From Octopus vulgaris (taxonomy: Eukaryota): 64,000 nt of DNA. The notes below the pieces were generated by a model that ran no database searches, had not been told where the DNA came from, and worked only from the letters and a program-made list of their open reading frames with translations. Of the stretch, positions 51,933 to 64,000 are shown one piece after another. How positions within the stretch are numbered: the stretch's first letter is position 1; each line of letters starts with the position of its first letter. The stretch covers positions 104,346,001-104,410,000 of the forward strand of contig OX597820.1 in NCBI GenBank assembly GCA_951406725.2, read 5' to 3'. The position numbers were made by a program, and so were the translations under genes.

Positions 51933-52140
51933 TGTGTTTGTCCCCCTAGCATTGCTTGACAACCGATGCTGGTGTGTTTACGTCCCCGTCACTTAGCGGT
52001 TCGGCAAAAGAGACCGATAGAATAAGTACTGGGCTTACAAAGAATAAGTGCTGGGGTCGATTTGCTCGACTAAAGGCGGTGCTCCAGCATGGCCGCAGTC
52101 AAATGACTGAAACAAGTAAAAGAGTAAAAGGGTAAAGAGA
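51710..52140 (+). mobile_element. SINE family A, full-length
   Basis: ggcgcaggagtggctgtgtggtaag head, internal (TA)n(TG)n, aaaagagt tail. Confidence 0.85.
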
Positions 52141-53272
52141 GTTAGCTTGATAGATTTCTTCGTTCTGTCTGCCTCTCGGTTTTACGGTTTGATGTTGAAC
52201 AGATATTGTGATGTGCAACCTGTTCTCGAATTAAATCTCACCTGAGTATTGCTAAACATCTTTCGGACATTTGCTTTTTCTTCTGTTTTTTCTTATTGTT
52301 AGTGATGGTCATACGTCCGTAATATTGAACAAACATTACATATCAATGCGTGTATGTATATTCGTATGTATGTATGTATGTATGTATGTATGTATGTATG
52401 TATGTATGTATGTATGCATGTATGTATGTCATTATTCAGTTTATTTCAAGATTTCTTGCCAGTAGAGAAAGATCCAAGGCTCCTTCATTGGAATTTCAAC
52501 ATCAAGAACAGGGTATTTTTGTTTGTTTGTTTGTATATATATATATATGCGTACGTATGTATGTATGTATGTGTGTATGTATGTATGTATGTATGTATGT
52601 ATGTATGTATGTATGTATGTATGTATGTATATGCAGATTTGTATGTTTTATGTATGTATTCTCACGCATATAGTTACATATCTAGACATGCTCATAGATA
52701 TATAAATGACAAACTTCTGGAAAGTTTTACAGATTTTTACAGTTCCAGTGATGGATTGGATCCGTAGTCTTCAAATTTGTTTTCTCTTTTCTGGTTGAAG
52801 CCTAATTTCTCAAGATTGGTATTTAGGCAGTGTGTATGTATGTATGTATGTATGTATGTATGTATGTATGTATGTATGTATGTATGTATGTATGTATGTA
52901 TGTGTGTGTGTATTTATGTGTGTGTATGGATGTTGTCATTATGTATTGTATGCATATATGTTATGTATGTATGTATGTGCATCGATGTATTCATGTATGT
53001 ATTGTGTGCATATATATGTATATATGTATATATGTTTGCATATATGTATATACGCATGTATGTAATTATGTGATTATAGATATATGTATGAATGTATATA
53101 CGTGTGTCTGTGCGTGAGGTGCTTTTATTATACACATAAATTATACACATAATTATACACATAAATATTCATATACATATATACACACACTCAAAAACAC
53201 ACGCATACATATACACACATACTGAGCCCTAAACACTCTGAATACAGCTGATTGAATATATGCATGTATATA

Positions 53273-53307
<35 letters not shown>

Positions 53308-53439
53308 TTGTATTATTCATATACATACATAAATATTTCTATACATATATACATACACACACATACTGAACCCTAAACCCTTTCTGAATATACCTCATTG
53401 AAAGTCTTATTATTAAAGCGTATATACACATACCTAAGC

Positions 53440-53474
<35 letters not shown>

Positions 53475-53665
53475 TATGTGTGTGTATACATGTATGTATA
53501 TCATATTCATATACATACATTTTAGGCGGCAATTTGGACTACGTACACACACTGAAAAAGAGAGAGAGGGGGAGAGAGAGGGAGAAAGAATGAGCTAGAA
53601 TTATATATGAATTGATTGAAACAACTGTTATACACACACATACACACACACGCAAATACACACGC

Positions 53666-53704
<39 letters not shown>

Positions 53705-53944
53705 AATGTAATAGTTAACATTGGTGTGTGTATGGGATTTGCCTCTTAAAACACCACATGTTGCATCACAATATCCTTTTGAAATGCGCGCTCAAATAAG
53801 ACAGGTGTGAAGTTACCATGGCACTCTGAAGCCAATCGCAACATCTGTCCCCGTTCACAATTGTGTTTCTGTGCGCTTTGGGAATCGAAATACAAAGGCT
53901 TAGGAAAGGACCTTTGGTTCCTGATATACATCGGCCTTACGTTA

Positions 53945-53948
53945 AATG

Positions 53949-53984
<36 letters not shown>

Positions 53985-54144
53985 GCAACTGCCACTGCTG
54001 CTGCTGCTGCTGCTACTACTACTACTACTACTACTACTGCAACTGCCACTGCTGCTGCTGCTGCTACTACTACTACTATTACTACTACTACTACTACTAC
54101 TGCTGCTGCTACTACTGCTACTACTACTACTGCTACTGCTGCTG

Positions 54145-54218
<74 letters not shown>

Positions 54219-54232
54219 ACTACTACTACTAC
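53945..54232. repeat. Compound (CTA)n/(CTG)n trinucleotide microsatellite
   Basis: Directly visible in the sequence. Confidence 0.95.
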
Positions 54233-54416
54233 TTTCTCAATCCCAGCTGAGCCACAATTGTAAGAATGACTTATGCATAACTACGCTGACGCAGTTACAA
54301 CTATTGCTGTTTGTTGGTTGTTGATGTTGTTTATTATTGTTTGTTTTTATTGTTGTTGTTGTTATCGTCGTTGACACAGTTGATACCAGCTTCCTACAGA
54401 ACTATAAGATAACTTG

Positions 54417-54828
54417 GGTTCTTTTCGGTTTGAACGGCAGTTTTTAAAAATAATTTCCACGTAACTAAACACTTTTAAACTTCGTATACTGGTAGAATGT
54501 GTTTATAAAGCATCTTTTTCTCTTGGCTTTATTGAGAAAATTCTATAGTTTGTAAGATATTTGTTGTTTTTTTTCTTCAATTTCTGCAATTTCAACCAAT
54601 CGATGACGTCCATTGAGGTAAAAAAACATTCTGTGCCGTATGAATATGTCCCTCGTTTAAGAAACAGATTGGGTTTATTTACATTTGTGAAGAAAAAATA
54701 TATCCTTCCCCCCACCCCTAACCCTAAAACAGATTGAAATGCAATAGATCGATACTAGGGTCATAATTATTGGTGACAATTTCATATGACACCGCTAGGA
54801 AAAACTGCCGTTCAAACCGAAAAGTTCC
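54417..54828. mobile_element. Second copy of the 47785 MITE, opposite orientation
   Basis: Same TIRs and reverse-complement interior; TSD not intact. Confidence 0.8.
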
Positions 54829-55440
54829 TAAATCTGGGTACGCTATGTCTGAAAGAAATACGAGAGCATTACAACGAGAATATCTTTGCTCATAGGTCAG
54901 TTCAATCATAACTAATCTAACGACTAAACAATAAGCTACTCACCACGTTTACTATACCTTGTGCACAAAATTGTTCTAGCCCGTCAACTTAGAATAAATC
55001 TCCAATAAGACTTACAGTGGAATACCACTTCCGCATATAAAATGGGCTTTTTTTCTAAACCCCAAACATCATAGACTGTACCCCAAAGAAAGCCACCTGT
55101 TGAATTGGTAAGAGCTCATCAAGACACTCCATAATTTAAACACTTATCTTCTCTACAGAGCTAGCTATTGTCACATCACCTCATGTCCAAGCACATTACT
55201 TATAAAGGATGGGGTACAGCCGGTATGTTGGTATGAAACTCAGAGAGCCAAGAAGGGGCCTATGACTAGCGGGCCTCTATTAAAGCAAAATGGCTGCGTG
55301 GTTTAGAAGCTCGCTTTCGGTTTCTGTTTCACTGTGCAGTACTTAGGGCGTCTTCTATTATTGCCCGGGATCGACAAATGCTGAGCGAGCGAATTTGGTT
55401 GATGGAAACTATGTGGAAGACAAATATATATATATATATA

Positions 55441-55602
55441 GGCGCAGGAGTGGCTGTGTGGTAAGTAGCTTGCTTACTAACCACATAATTCCGGGTTCAG
55501 TTCTACTGCGTGGCACCTTGGGCAAATATTGTCTACTATAGCTTCGGGCCGCCCAAAGCCTCGTTAGTAAATTTGGTAGACGGAAACTTAAAGAAGCCCA
55601 TC

Positions 55603-55673
<71 letters not shown>

Positions 55674-55910
55674 TGTATGTATGTATATATGTATGCATGT
55701 ATGTATGTATGTATGTATGTACATGTTTGTGTATCTGTATTTGTCCCCCCACCATCGCTTGACAACCGATGTTGGTGTATTTACGTCCTCGTAACTTTAG
55801 CAGTTCGGCAAAGGAGGCCGATAGAATAAGTACTAGGCCTACAAAGAATAAGTCCTGGGGTTGATTTGTTCGAATAAAGGTCGTAGTCAAATGACCGAAA
55901 CAAATAAGAG
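55441..55910 (+). mobile_element. SINE family A
   Basis: Family A head and body with (TA)n/(ATGT)n interior. Confidence 0.8.
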
Positions 55911-55946
<36 letters not shown>

Positions 55947-56439
55947 CAAATAATCCAAGCTTTGTCCTCGTGAAGTACATCTGCACATTGTAATCAGATG
56001 CATGTAGATGTTTTAATGTTTTATTTTAAATGAAGCATACATACTAATTGATTGTTTTGGTGAATCATATTTGCAGAGTTAGTATACATTAAAACAAAGA
56101 CTGGAAAGTTTAGTATATTTTTAATAAAAGGAATTCTTTTATTTGAATTAATTTTCCACGGGTCCTAGGGTTTTGAAAGGTCGGTCATCTCAGTAAATCG
56201 ATGTTATTAACTAACAACAAGCTCATTTACTCAGTTTCATCTCTCAATTAAGATACACGTAACTGAATAATTACATGTAAATGAATAATTATGCATTTTA
56301 CTCTGCACCTTCTTTTAAAATTTTGAATCTACTGCCTTTGTGGAGCCAAAAGGAAACGCGGAATTGTTGTCCAAAATTGAAAGTAAATTTATATTTAGTT
56401 TTAATCCATAAAGTTTTCCTTGTGACTCTGGCCTCTGAT

Positions 56440-56837
56440 ACTCTGCTACTCTGTTACTTGTTCCAGTCATTTGACTGCGGCCATGCTGGAGCACCGCCTT
56501 TAGTCGAGGAAATCGACCCCCAGGTCTTATTCTTTGTAAACCTAGTACTTATTCTATCAGTCTCTTTTGCCGAACCGCTAAGTTACGGGGACGTAAACAC
56601 ACCAGCATCGGTTGTCAAGCGATGTTGGGGGAGAAACACTGACACACAAACACATACACATATAAATACATATATACGACGGGCTTCTTTCAGTTTCCGT
56701 CTACCAAATCCACTCACAAGGCTTTGGTCGGCCTGAGGCTATAGTAGAAGACACTTGCCCAAGGTGCCACGCAGTGGGACTGAACCTGGAACCATGTGGT
56801 TGGTAAGCAAGCTATTTACCACACAGCCACTCCTGTG
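56440..56837 (-). mobile_element. SINE family A
   Basis: Reverse complement of family A. Confidence 0.85.
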
Positions 56838-57064
56838 CAAAATCACAAACATCCACAACGATGTCTATGCTAATGATTGTACATACATTTCCACAACTTT
56901 CCATTTTCTATTTATGAATATACTGTGTAGCAACATTCTGCTGCTCAAATCGAAACATTGCAATGGTTGAGATGCAATGTGGTTTTAGATTTGACCGAAG
57001 TATGGTATTTCCGGGTTGTTTACATTAAGGATATTGAATTATTTTTGCTATCTCTGTCCATATT

Positions 57065-57450
57065 GGCGCAGGAGTGGCTGTGTGGTAAGTAGCTTGCTGA
57101 CCAACCACATGGTTCCGGGTTCAGTTCTACTGCGTGGCACCTTGGGCAAGTATCTTCTACTATAGCCTCGGGCTGACCAAAGCCTTGTGAGTGGATTTGG
57201 TAGACGGAAACTGAAAAGAAGCCCTTCGTACATATGTATATGTGTGTGTGTGATTGTCCCCCCAACATCGCTTGACAACCGATGCTGGTGTGTTTGCGTT
57301 CCCGTAACTTAGCAGTTCGGCAAAAGAGACCGATAGAATAAGTACTAGGCTTACAAAGAATAAGTCCTGAGGTCGATTTGCTCGACTAAAGGCGGTGCTC
57401 CAGCATGGCCGCAGTCAAATGACTGAAACAAGTAAAAGAGCAAAAGAGTA
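57065..57450 (+). mobile_element. SINE family A (further 5' half at 59527-59690)
   Basis: Complete head-to-tail copy. Confidence 0.85.
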
Positions 57451-59691
57451 TATATTGGAGAAACAACACTGATAATCTCCTAAAACATTCCACAATCTCT
57501 TAAGTATTGAGTGTACATAACCCAGCGAAAGCCATTACAGTCTCGTGTCCTTATCATCTGTCTTCATGCATAATTTTACACTATATTTTCAGCTTTAATC
57601 TCTAGAAAATGCTTACGAAGCTATCAAACCTAGGCAACCAATACAAATCACACTTTCACCCAACTGAAATCAAAGCTACAAATGCCTTCTCTCTCTCTCT
57701 CTTTCTCTCCCTCTTTCTTTATTTCTTTATTTATTTCTCCCCACCCTTCTGTATGAAAGTCATTTTCAGTATGGCTTCTAATCTTCTACGTCTAGCTGGT
57801 CTTCATTACTCCTATCCAAGTAAAAAGCTAACATATCCGCTTCCATATACAGTGGCATAAAACTTGCAACACCTAGCACTCCTGCTACCAATCTCACTTC
57901 CTTCGGTTACATAACCACATCTTTCTCACCATTAAACGATCACTCCATTTCGTTAATAACCATATCCTATTATGTCTTTTATACACAACGAAATAACTTG
58001 CAGGCTAAACGAACAGCAAAATAATCTGACTTTATGTCACTCAATGTCTTTTTACCCCAGGCGATATCACAGGACAAAAGAATTGCCTATTCCTAACTCA
58101 AAATAAGCAGAGTGAATCAAATTTCAATGACTATCAAAAACAACGAATACTCTGTTAATGCTCTTTAGTACCAAATTCCATTCTAGCTCTCCTGATGTCA
58201 CATTTGCACCCTATGTCCTCTCACCACAGAAAAATAACTCTCTCAAATATTTTAATGAAAAGTCATTCAATTTGTCAAAGAAATTTTAAAGTTTAACATG
58301 ATCTCAAAAAAGATGGGGGTTTTCTTTGGTGATATTTAATTACATACCACTTAGTATCACAAAACATAATTTTAAAATCGTTTACAAATGAGTTAAGAAT
58401 TCCCTATTAGGCTGCTTATTTATAAGCATTTATTTAAAATTAACATATATATAAGCATATGGCTAATATTCCAATAGCGGGATTATTAAAAAAGCAAACA
58501 ATTACATTTCCACATGTTGGTCTTAAAAGGTAGGCCATCATTAATTAACCTCGGTCCGTTTGTTAACAATCAGAGTTATCTAGTTGTTCAAATTAGTCAT
58601 AAGTCTTCACCTATGTCTGTCAATTAAAAATCACTGCTGTGTCTATTTGGGTGATCCTCCCTGTCCTCCAATTAATAATCTCTGCCATTCAATCTGTCAG
58701 ACGGATTTAGAGAGATTGACTAAATTGATTATGTGAATTATGATCAGATAGTCGTTTTTCTTCTTGCCTTTATTATTGTTACAACTCCAGCCTGGAAAAG
58801 CTTATAGACATTGCTACTGCTTAGTAAATCAGATAGCAGACAACTGCACCCCACACCACCACACTCAACTATATACGTGGACGAACTCTAAGAGGAATAT
58901 GGAGGTAAAAACATTTCGTGTTTGACTTGAAGGCTTCATTCACCGTGAGAGAAATACTGCATATATTGAAGTTATTTTCGTCAAACATCATTTATTGTTC
59001 ACTGACCTTAACCGATATCTGAATTCTCTGGTGACCTTTCTCGCGATTATTTATATTTATTTATATACTTTTTGGGTCTTCTTCCTTTGACTTTTGTCTT
59101 TCGTTCCGTCAATTTCCGTTGGACAACGTAACAAGTCAACAACAGATTCAAATATTTCAGAGGTCAAAACAAGAAGTTCAAATATTCTAGAGGTCATGGA
59201 ACTGCGATGAGAATGGTTTAATTGTTTCACACATGAAGTATTATAACTCGATGTATTGTCTTTTTTTATTATTCTCTTACTATTAAAGAGAAGGAAGATG
59301 ATGAGCTGGTAAAATCGTTGGAGCGCTAAACAAAATGCTTAGCAGCTTTTCTTCAGGTTCTTTACGTTGAGAGTTAAAATACTGCCGAAGTCGAATTTGC
59401 CTTTTATCTTTTCGGGATCAATAAATGAAGTGTCAACCAAATACTGGGGTCAGTGCAATTAACTAACCTCTCAGCGAAAATTTCAGTTCCTGTGCCTATA
59501 GTGAAAAAGATTATAAAAAAGAAGGTAGGCGTAGGAGTGGCTGTGTAATAAGTAGCTTGCTTACGAACTATATGGTTCTGGGTTCAGTCCCACTGCGTGG
59601 CACCTTGGGCAAGTGTCTTCTACTATAGCCTCGGGCTGACCAAAGCCTTGTGAGAGGATTTGGTAGACGGAAACTGAAAGAACTCTGTCAT

Positions 59692-59725
<34 letters not shown>

Positions 59726-60633
59726 GTATATGCATGTATGTATATATATAAGTATGTTTGTCTATATGTAGTCATTTTTCTAAAATATTGACTAAAATCT
59801 ATGGTTATGTAGTAAATTATAGCTTTCAGAAATCACTGTAAACGCACCAGTAATTATATATCGATACGACTGCAGAAAATGTGTTATATGTACTAATTAT
59901 TCTATCCGGTTTCGTTATGTCCTCAGTAGTATTAAAATATAAGTAGTGTCTGTGTAGACAGTTAAAGAGAATTTTCTGTTGGTCATAAAATCTCTTCACA
60001 GACCTAATACTAGTTTGTCGTTGTTATTGTCAATCTGATAGAACAGATACATTCTAGAAGTGGCCATCATTTTATGAATTGTTCCGTCTCTAATACACAG
60101 ACGAGAAGCTAACTCAGACACAAGCACAAACGCCCACATATCAAACCATAGAAACAGTCTCTACATGCACATCGGACCAGCTAGAAACAGCAATAAAACC
60201 TTCCACGAATTACATCGTACTGTCTGAAGGAAGAAGTGTTGGATAGTGAGGTTCTAGATTTCCTGTAACGTAGGAAAAAGACAGAATGGTCATAGCTGGA
60301 ACGCCTTAAGTCATCGGTCCACGTGATCAACATTAAGCTGTATCTAGGGGCCCAATTCCGATATGTGTATGCTGCGGTTTAGCGTCAATAAATCAATATA
60401 ATAGAGCTCAGTGCATTAATTTGCCCGGGGGTGTTTAATGCTGTTAAGGCGGACCTCATCGTACCCCTTCGAATCACACACTATTATCTTTTTAAAAAGT
60501 GAGAACATGTTACTGTCCTTAATACACTACTGCTAAATTAAGGACTGGGTGCTAATGATTGGAATGTCTTTGATCATAAGTTTGCTTAATTGGACTGATG
60601 ATCAATTCCTTTCCAATAAGGTCAATAAACCAC

Positions 60634-60935
60634 TGTGGAGGCACATGGCCTAGTGGTTAGAGCAGCCGACTCACGGTCGAGGGATCGCGGGTTCGAATCT
60701 CAGACCGGGTGATGTGTGTGTTTATGAGCGAAACACCTAAGCTCCACGCAGCTCAGGCAGAAGGTAATGGCGAAACCTCTGCTGATTCTTTCGCCACAAC
60801 TTTCTCTCACTCTTTCCTCCTGCATCTTGCAGCTCACCTGCGTCTTGTCCAGGTGGGGAACCTATACGCCAAGAAACCGGGAAACCGGCCCTTATGAGCC
60901 ATGCATGGCTCGAGAAGGAACAAACAACAACAACA
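60634..60935 (+). mobile_element. tRNA-derived SINE family D with (CAA)n tail
   Basis: A box tggcctagtgg and B box ggttcgaatct; no complete acceptor stem; ends aacaacaacaac. Confidence 0.75.
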
Positions 60936-62042
60936 AATAAACCACTGATTATACCATATCATGTTACCTGTAAAACAACAATAACTAGTAATTGTTCCGG
61001 GTCAATTTGAAGCATTGTGGAATTATAAAGTAAGCCTCTTTACAAAGTGGTCTGAATGGAATTTAATCTTATGGGACATCGTCCTGACACGCCAGCAAAT
61101 GGTTCTCACACTCTTTGTGTATATATAGTCGTAGACTGGCGACTCAGTTCGTTCTGGATCCTATTCTAGTACGTAATGTTGATAAGCCCCCCCCCCCAAT
61201 GGAAATATATCGGTATTCATAGTTCCTGAATGGGATTGGGAGTGAGTTGTCTCGCCTGTCTATGACTTTCAGATGTTTTAATACTCAGTGCTAAGAAGAA
61301 GTCCTTCTCAGAGCGCTGTCCGCAGCGAACCGATGAACATAGTGTGTATATGCGGTCGATAATGTTGACAACACTAGCGCAGCTTTTAATTCATAATGAA
61401 AAAAAAATGCAAATAAGCGACAAATAATGTTTTTGAATTTTGACACAAAGCCAGCAATTTCAGGTGGGTTGGGGTTCGACGATTACATCGACTCCAGAGC
61501 TCAACTTGTATTTATTTTATCGACTCTGAAAGGATGAAAGGCAAAATTGGCCTCAGCGGAATTCGCATTCAGAACGTAAAGAGCCAGAATGCTAACGTTT
61601 CTGCCGATTCGCTGCCTTCAAAAGAAATGTAGATAATAGCACATGAAATATCGAAACAAAAAAACAAATCAAAATATTTTGACTGAAAAATGGTGAACGA
61701 AACCACCCACGGGACCTAAAACAGGTCTCTATTAGAAAACAACTAAGCCAGTTTCAACACAGAATTTCAATTCACGAAACAGTATTTTCTGCGCCAACCA
61801 TTTTACAATCTTGTACATGTATTTCTGCGTCAATCATGTACGATCTTGTTCGTGAAATTTCATGATTCTGCCATTACTAACTATTTCGTCAATTAGGGTG
61901 AAACTTACACTCCACTGATTAGGTTCATAGGACTGAGCCATATTCAAAGTTGTCCGAAATAATATCTAAATAATAATATTAATCATATTAGCTGGCACCG
62001 TGCCGTAAAAAATGACAGCTAATTGTAGTATTTTATATATAA

Positions 62043-62390
62043 ACTAGCACTATGACCCGGCAACGTATGCATATACAGCTGCGTGCGTGCACACATACAC
62101 GCGAGTACTGTCCAAATCTCCGACCAATCATATACAGCTAGCTGGCATTCAACTGGCGTATCAAGTTTCGGGCATTTTGATTGGGTTTTTGGATAGAAAA
62201 TTCACAAAAATGTCACTTCTATTGATTTTTTTAATGGCTTTGCGGGGTGACTGGGGAAATGTAAAGATGTGCTCGACCACCCTTGGACGGTTTTGAATGA
62301 CCATAGAAAGTGCGAGCCCTCTAACTGAAAAATTGTGGATTTGTATAAAGGACACGCACGCAGACATTTTGCTGTTTATATAGAGAGAGA
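62043..62390. mobile_element. Helentron/HINE-like element
   Basis: Start actagcactatgacccggcaacg and end cagacattttgctgtttatatagagagat resemble the 9580/27960 family termini. Confidence 0.5.
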
Positions 62391-62740
62391 TAAGGTACAA
62401 ACCCAAGTTTTTAGTTTAATAATTCTTTTATTACCAAATTTTTTGTGAAAAAATCTATCCGCAACTAACATCCCTTGACTGCTTGTTTCCTTAAAAACAA
62501 AATTTAGTTTTCCTTCCTTCTTGTACGAATGAAGACCACATAAAGCTGGCAAGTAAATATCAACTTTTTCGAAGCGACGTTTCTTTTCAATTGCGCTCTC
62601 CATTACAGAAACCAACCTAAACTCATACGACTTAAAGCCACAAAAAGCAGTCCGAGACTTAAGAGTTGATATTGCAAAAACTCCCTATTTATAATTTATT
62701 ACATAAATTTCTTAATATAAATAAATTAGATACATATATG

Positions 62741-63274
62741 AACTGTTAAATGTGTATTTATGACATAACGTTTCAACCGCAGTCGTTATATTTTCTTGAT
62801 ACACTCAAGCAATTAAGTATTTTCTATAATGAGTTTGTATATGTATATATTTATGTATATGTGTGTGATTGTAATAATTATTTTAACGAAACAGTGAGAA
62901 TATGGATGATAAATCAAATTAATACACTTCTCAATGTTATTTAGTGGTTGTATTTTGAGATGTGACATCGATCATCGTTAATTACTGAAAGAACACCATA
63001 ATAAAATAAATTAAGGACATGTATAAACTGTTAAATTAAGATGTGTATTTATAATATACTTTTCAATTGCAGTCGTTTTATATTCTTGATACACTCAGGC
63101 AATAATTATTTTCTCTAATGAAATTGTATATGTTTGTGTGGGTGTGTGTGATTGTAATAATTATTTGTAACAAAACAGAATAGGGATGGTAAATCAAATT
63201 AATACACTTGTCAATGTTACCTAGTGGTTGTCCGTTGAGATGTGACATCAATCATCGTTAATTACTGAAAGAAC
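62741..63274. repeat. Diverged tandem duplication, ~280-285 bp unit x2
   Basis: aactgttaaa at 62741 and 63026; gatgtgacatc.atcatcgttaattactgaaagaac ends both units. Confidence 0.85.
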
Positions 63275-63685
63275 GTTGGTTCTCACATACAACCTTTCAC
63301 ATACTTTCCTTGTACACGCACACACATACATATACTCACACAGAGTTGAAACGCTGTTTGATTTTTTTCACCGAGGAATTCCCATTATTCCACTACCAGT
63401 TCGCCATCGCTCCTTCCTTCTTTCCTTCCTTCCTTCCTTCCTTCCTTATTCATCTATTCCTTTCTCATTCATATGAGGTGACAGACGAAGACACAAGAAT
63501 ATTGTTATAGTAGATATCCTAGTATTACATTTTATTTCTCTTGGTGCAATTATTTCTAATTAGCTATTTAGTGCTTCCACTACCATATTAATTAATTCGT
63601 ATAATTATTCATTAAAATATACAGTATGTTCACACGTCACGTCTAACTAGCTTCAGTTCATGGTCTAGCGTGCGCAGGGGAATGA

Positions 63686-63719
<34 letters not shown>

Positions 63720-64000
63720 AAGAAAGAAAGAAAGAAAGACAGAAAGAAAGAAAGAAAAAGGGAAGAGAGAAAAATAGCGAGAGAATATTTATATTCTGTA
63801 GTTTCAAATTATCTCTTTATTTGTTTTTATATCTCACTGTTATTGGGAACTGAAAAAGTACCTATATCCCAGTACCTAAAAACAATAAAGGAACTAATAA
63901 TAAGAATATACAACAAATTAAAAAGAAGATATTACGAAACGGGACAAGGTCGCATATTAATTAAGATTTGCTTGAAAAGATGACAGTATCTCGTGCAATA

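Noticed and set aside
53807-54263. Poly-T/A or poly-Y/C protein
   Set aside because: Pure (CTA)n/(CTG)n microsatellite without splice or coding context.
60634-60715. tRNA gene-like sequences at SINE heads (also 51253, 48870, 51710)
   Set aside because: They have A/B boxes but no complete cloverleaf and continue into repeated SINE bodies.

Overview
AT-rich, repeat-dense animal genomic DNA. The SINE families, abundant microsatellites and LINE content point to a cephalopod, probably Octopus (inference). The only clear host protein-coding gene is the 3' part of myo-inositol-1-phosphate synthase (ISYNA1/INO1), with three spliced exons at 4579-9110 (+). There is one intact tRNA-Ser(GCT). The rest is mostly mobile DNA: a decayed mariner, a solo LTR with TSD, RTE and Tx1/L1 LINE remnants, a gag/ORF1-like CCHC pseudogene, a Penelope GIY-YIG fragment, R4/Dong-like RLE fragments inside (TAA)n, Helentron-type non-autonomous elements, MITE/foldback elements and four or five SINE families. 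Two things stand out. (1) Six type-I hammerhead-ribozyme-like motifs, one with a fully canonical core at about 15764-15845, lie in short, mostly (TA)n-associated non-coding elements, suggesting Penelope-derived or retrozyme-like elements. (2) A ~6.3 kb hierarchical satellite (20890-27225) consists of 10-bp GC-rich units punctuated 13 times by a conserved double-hairpin motif, with strand-flipping AT blocks. All calls were made by eye; no database searches or folding computations were run, and repeat boundaries are approximate.
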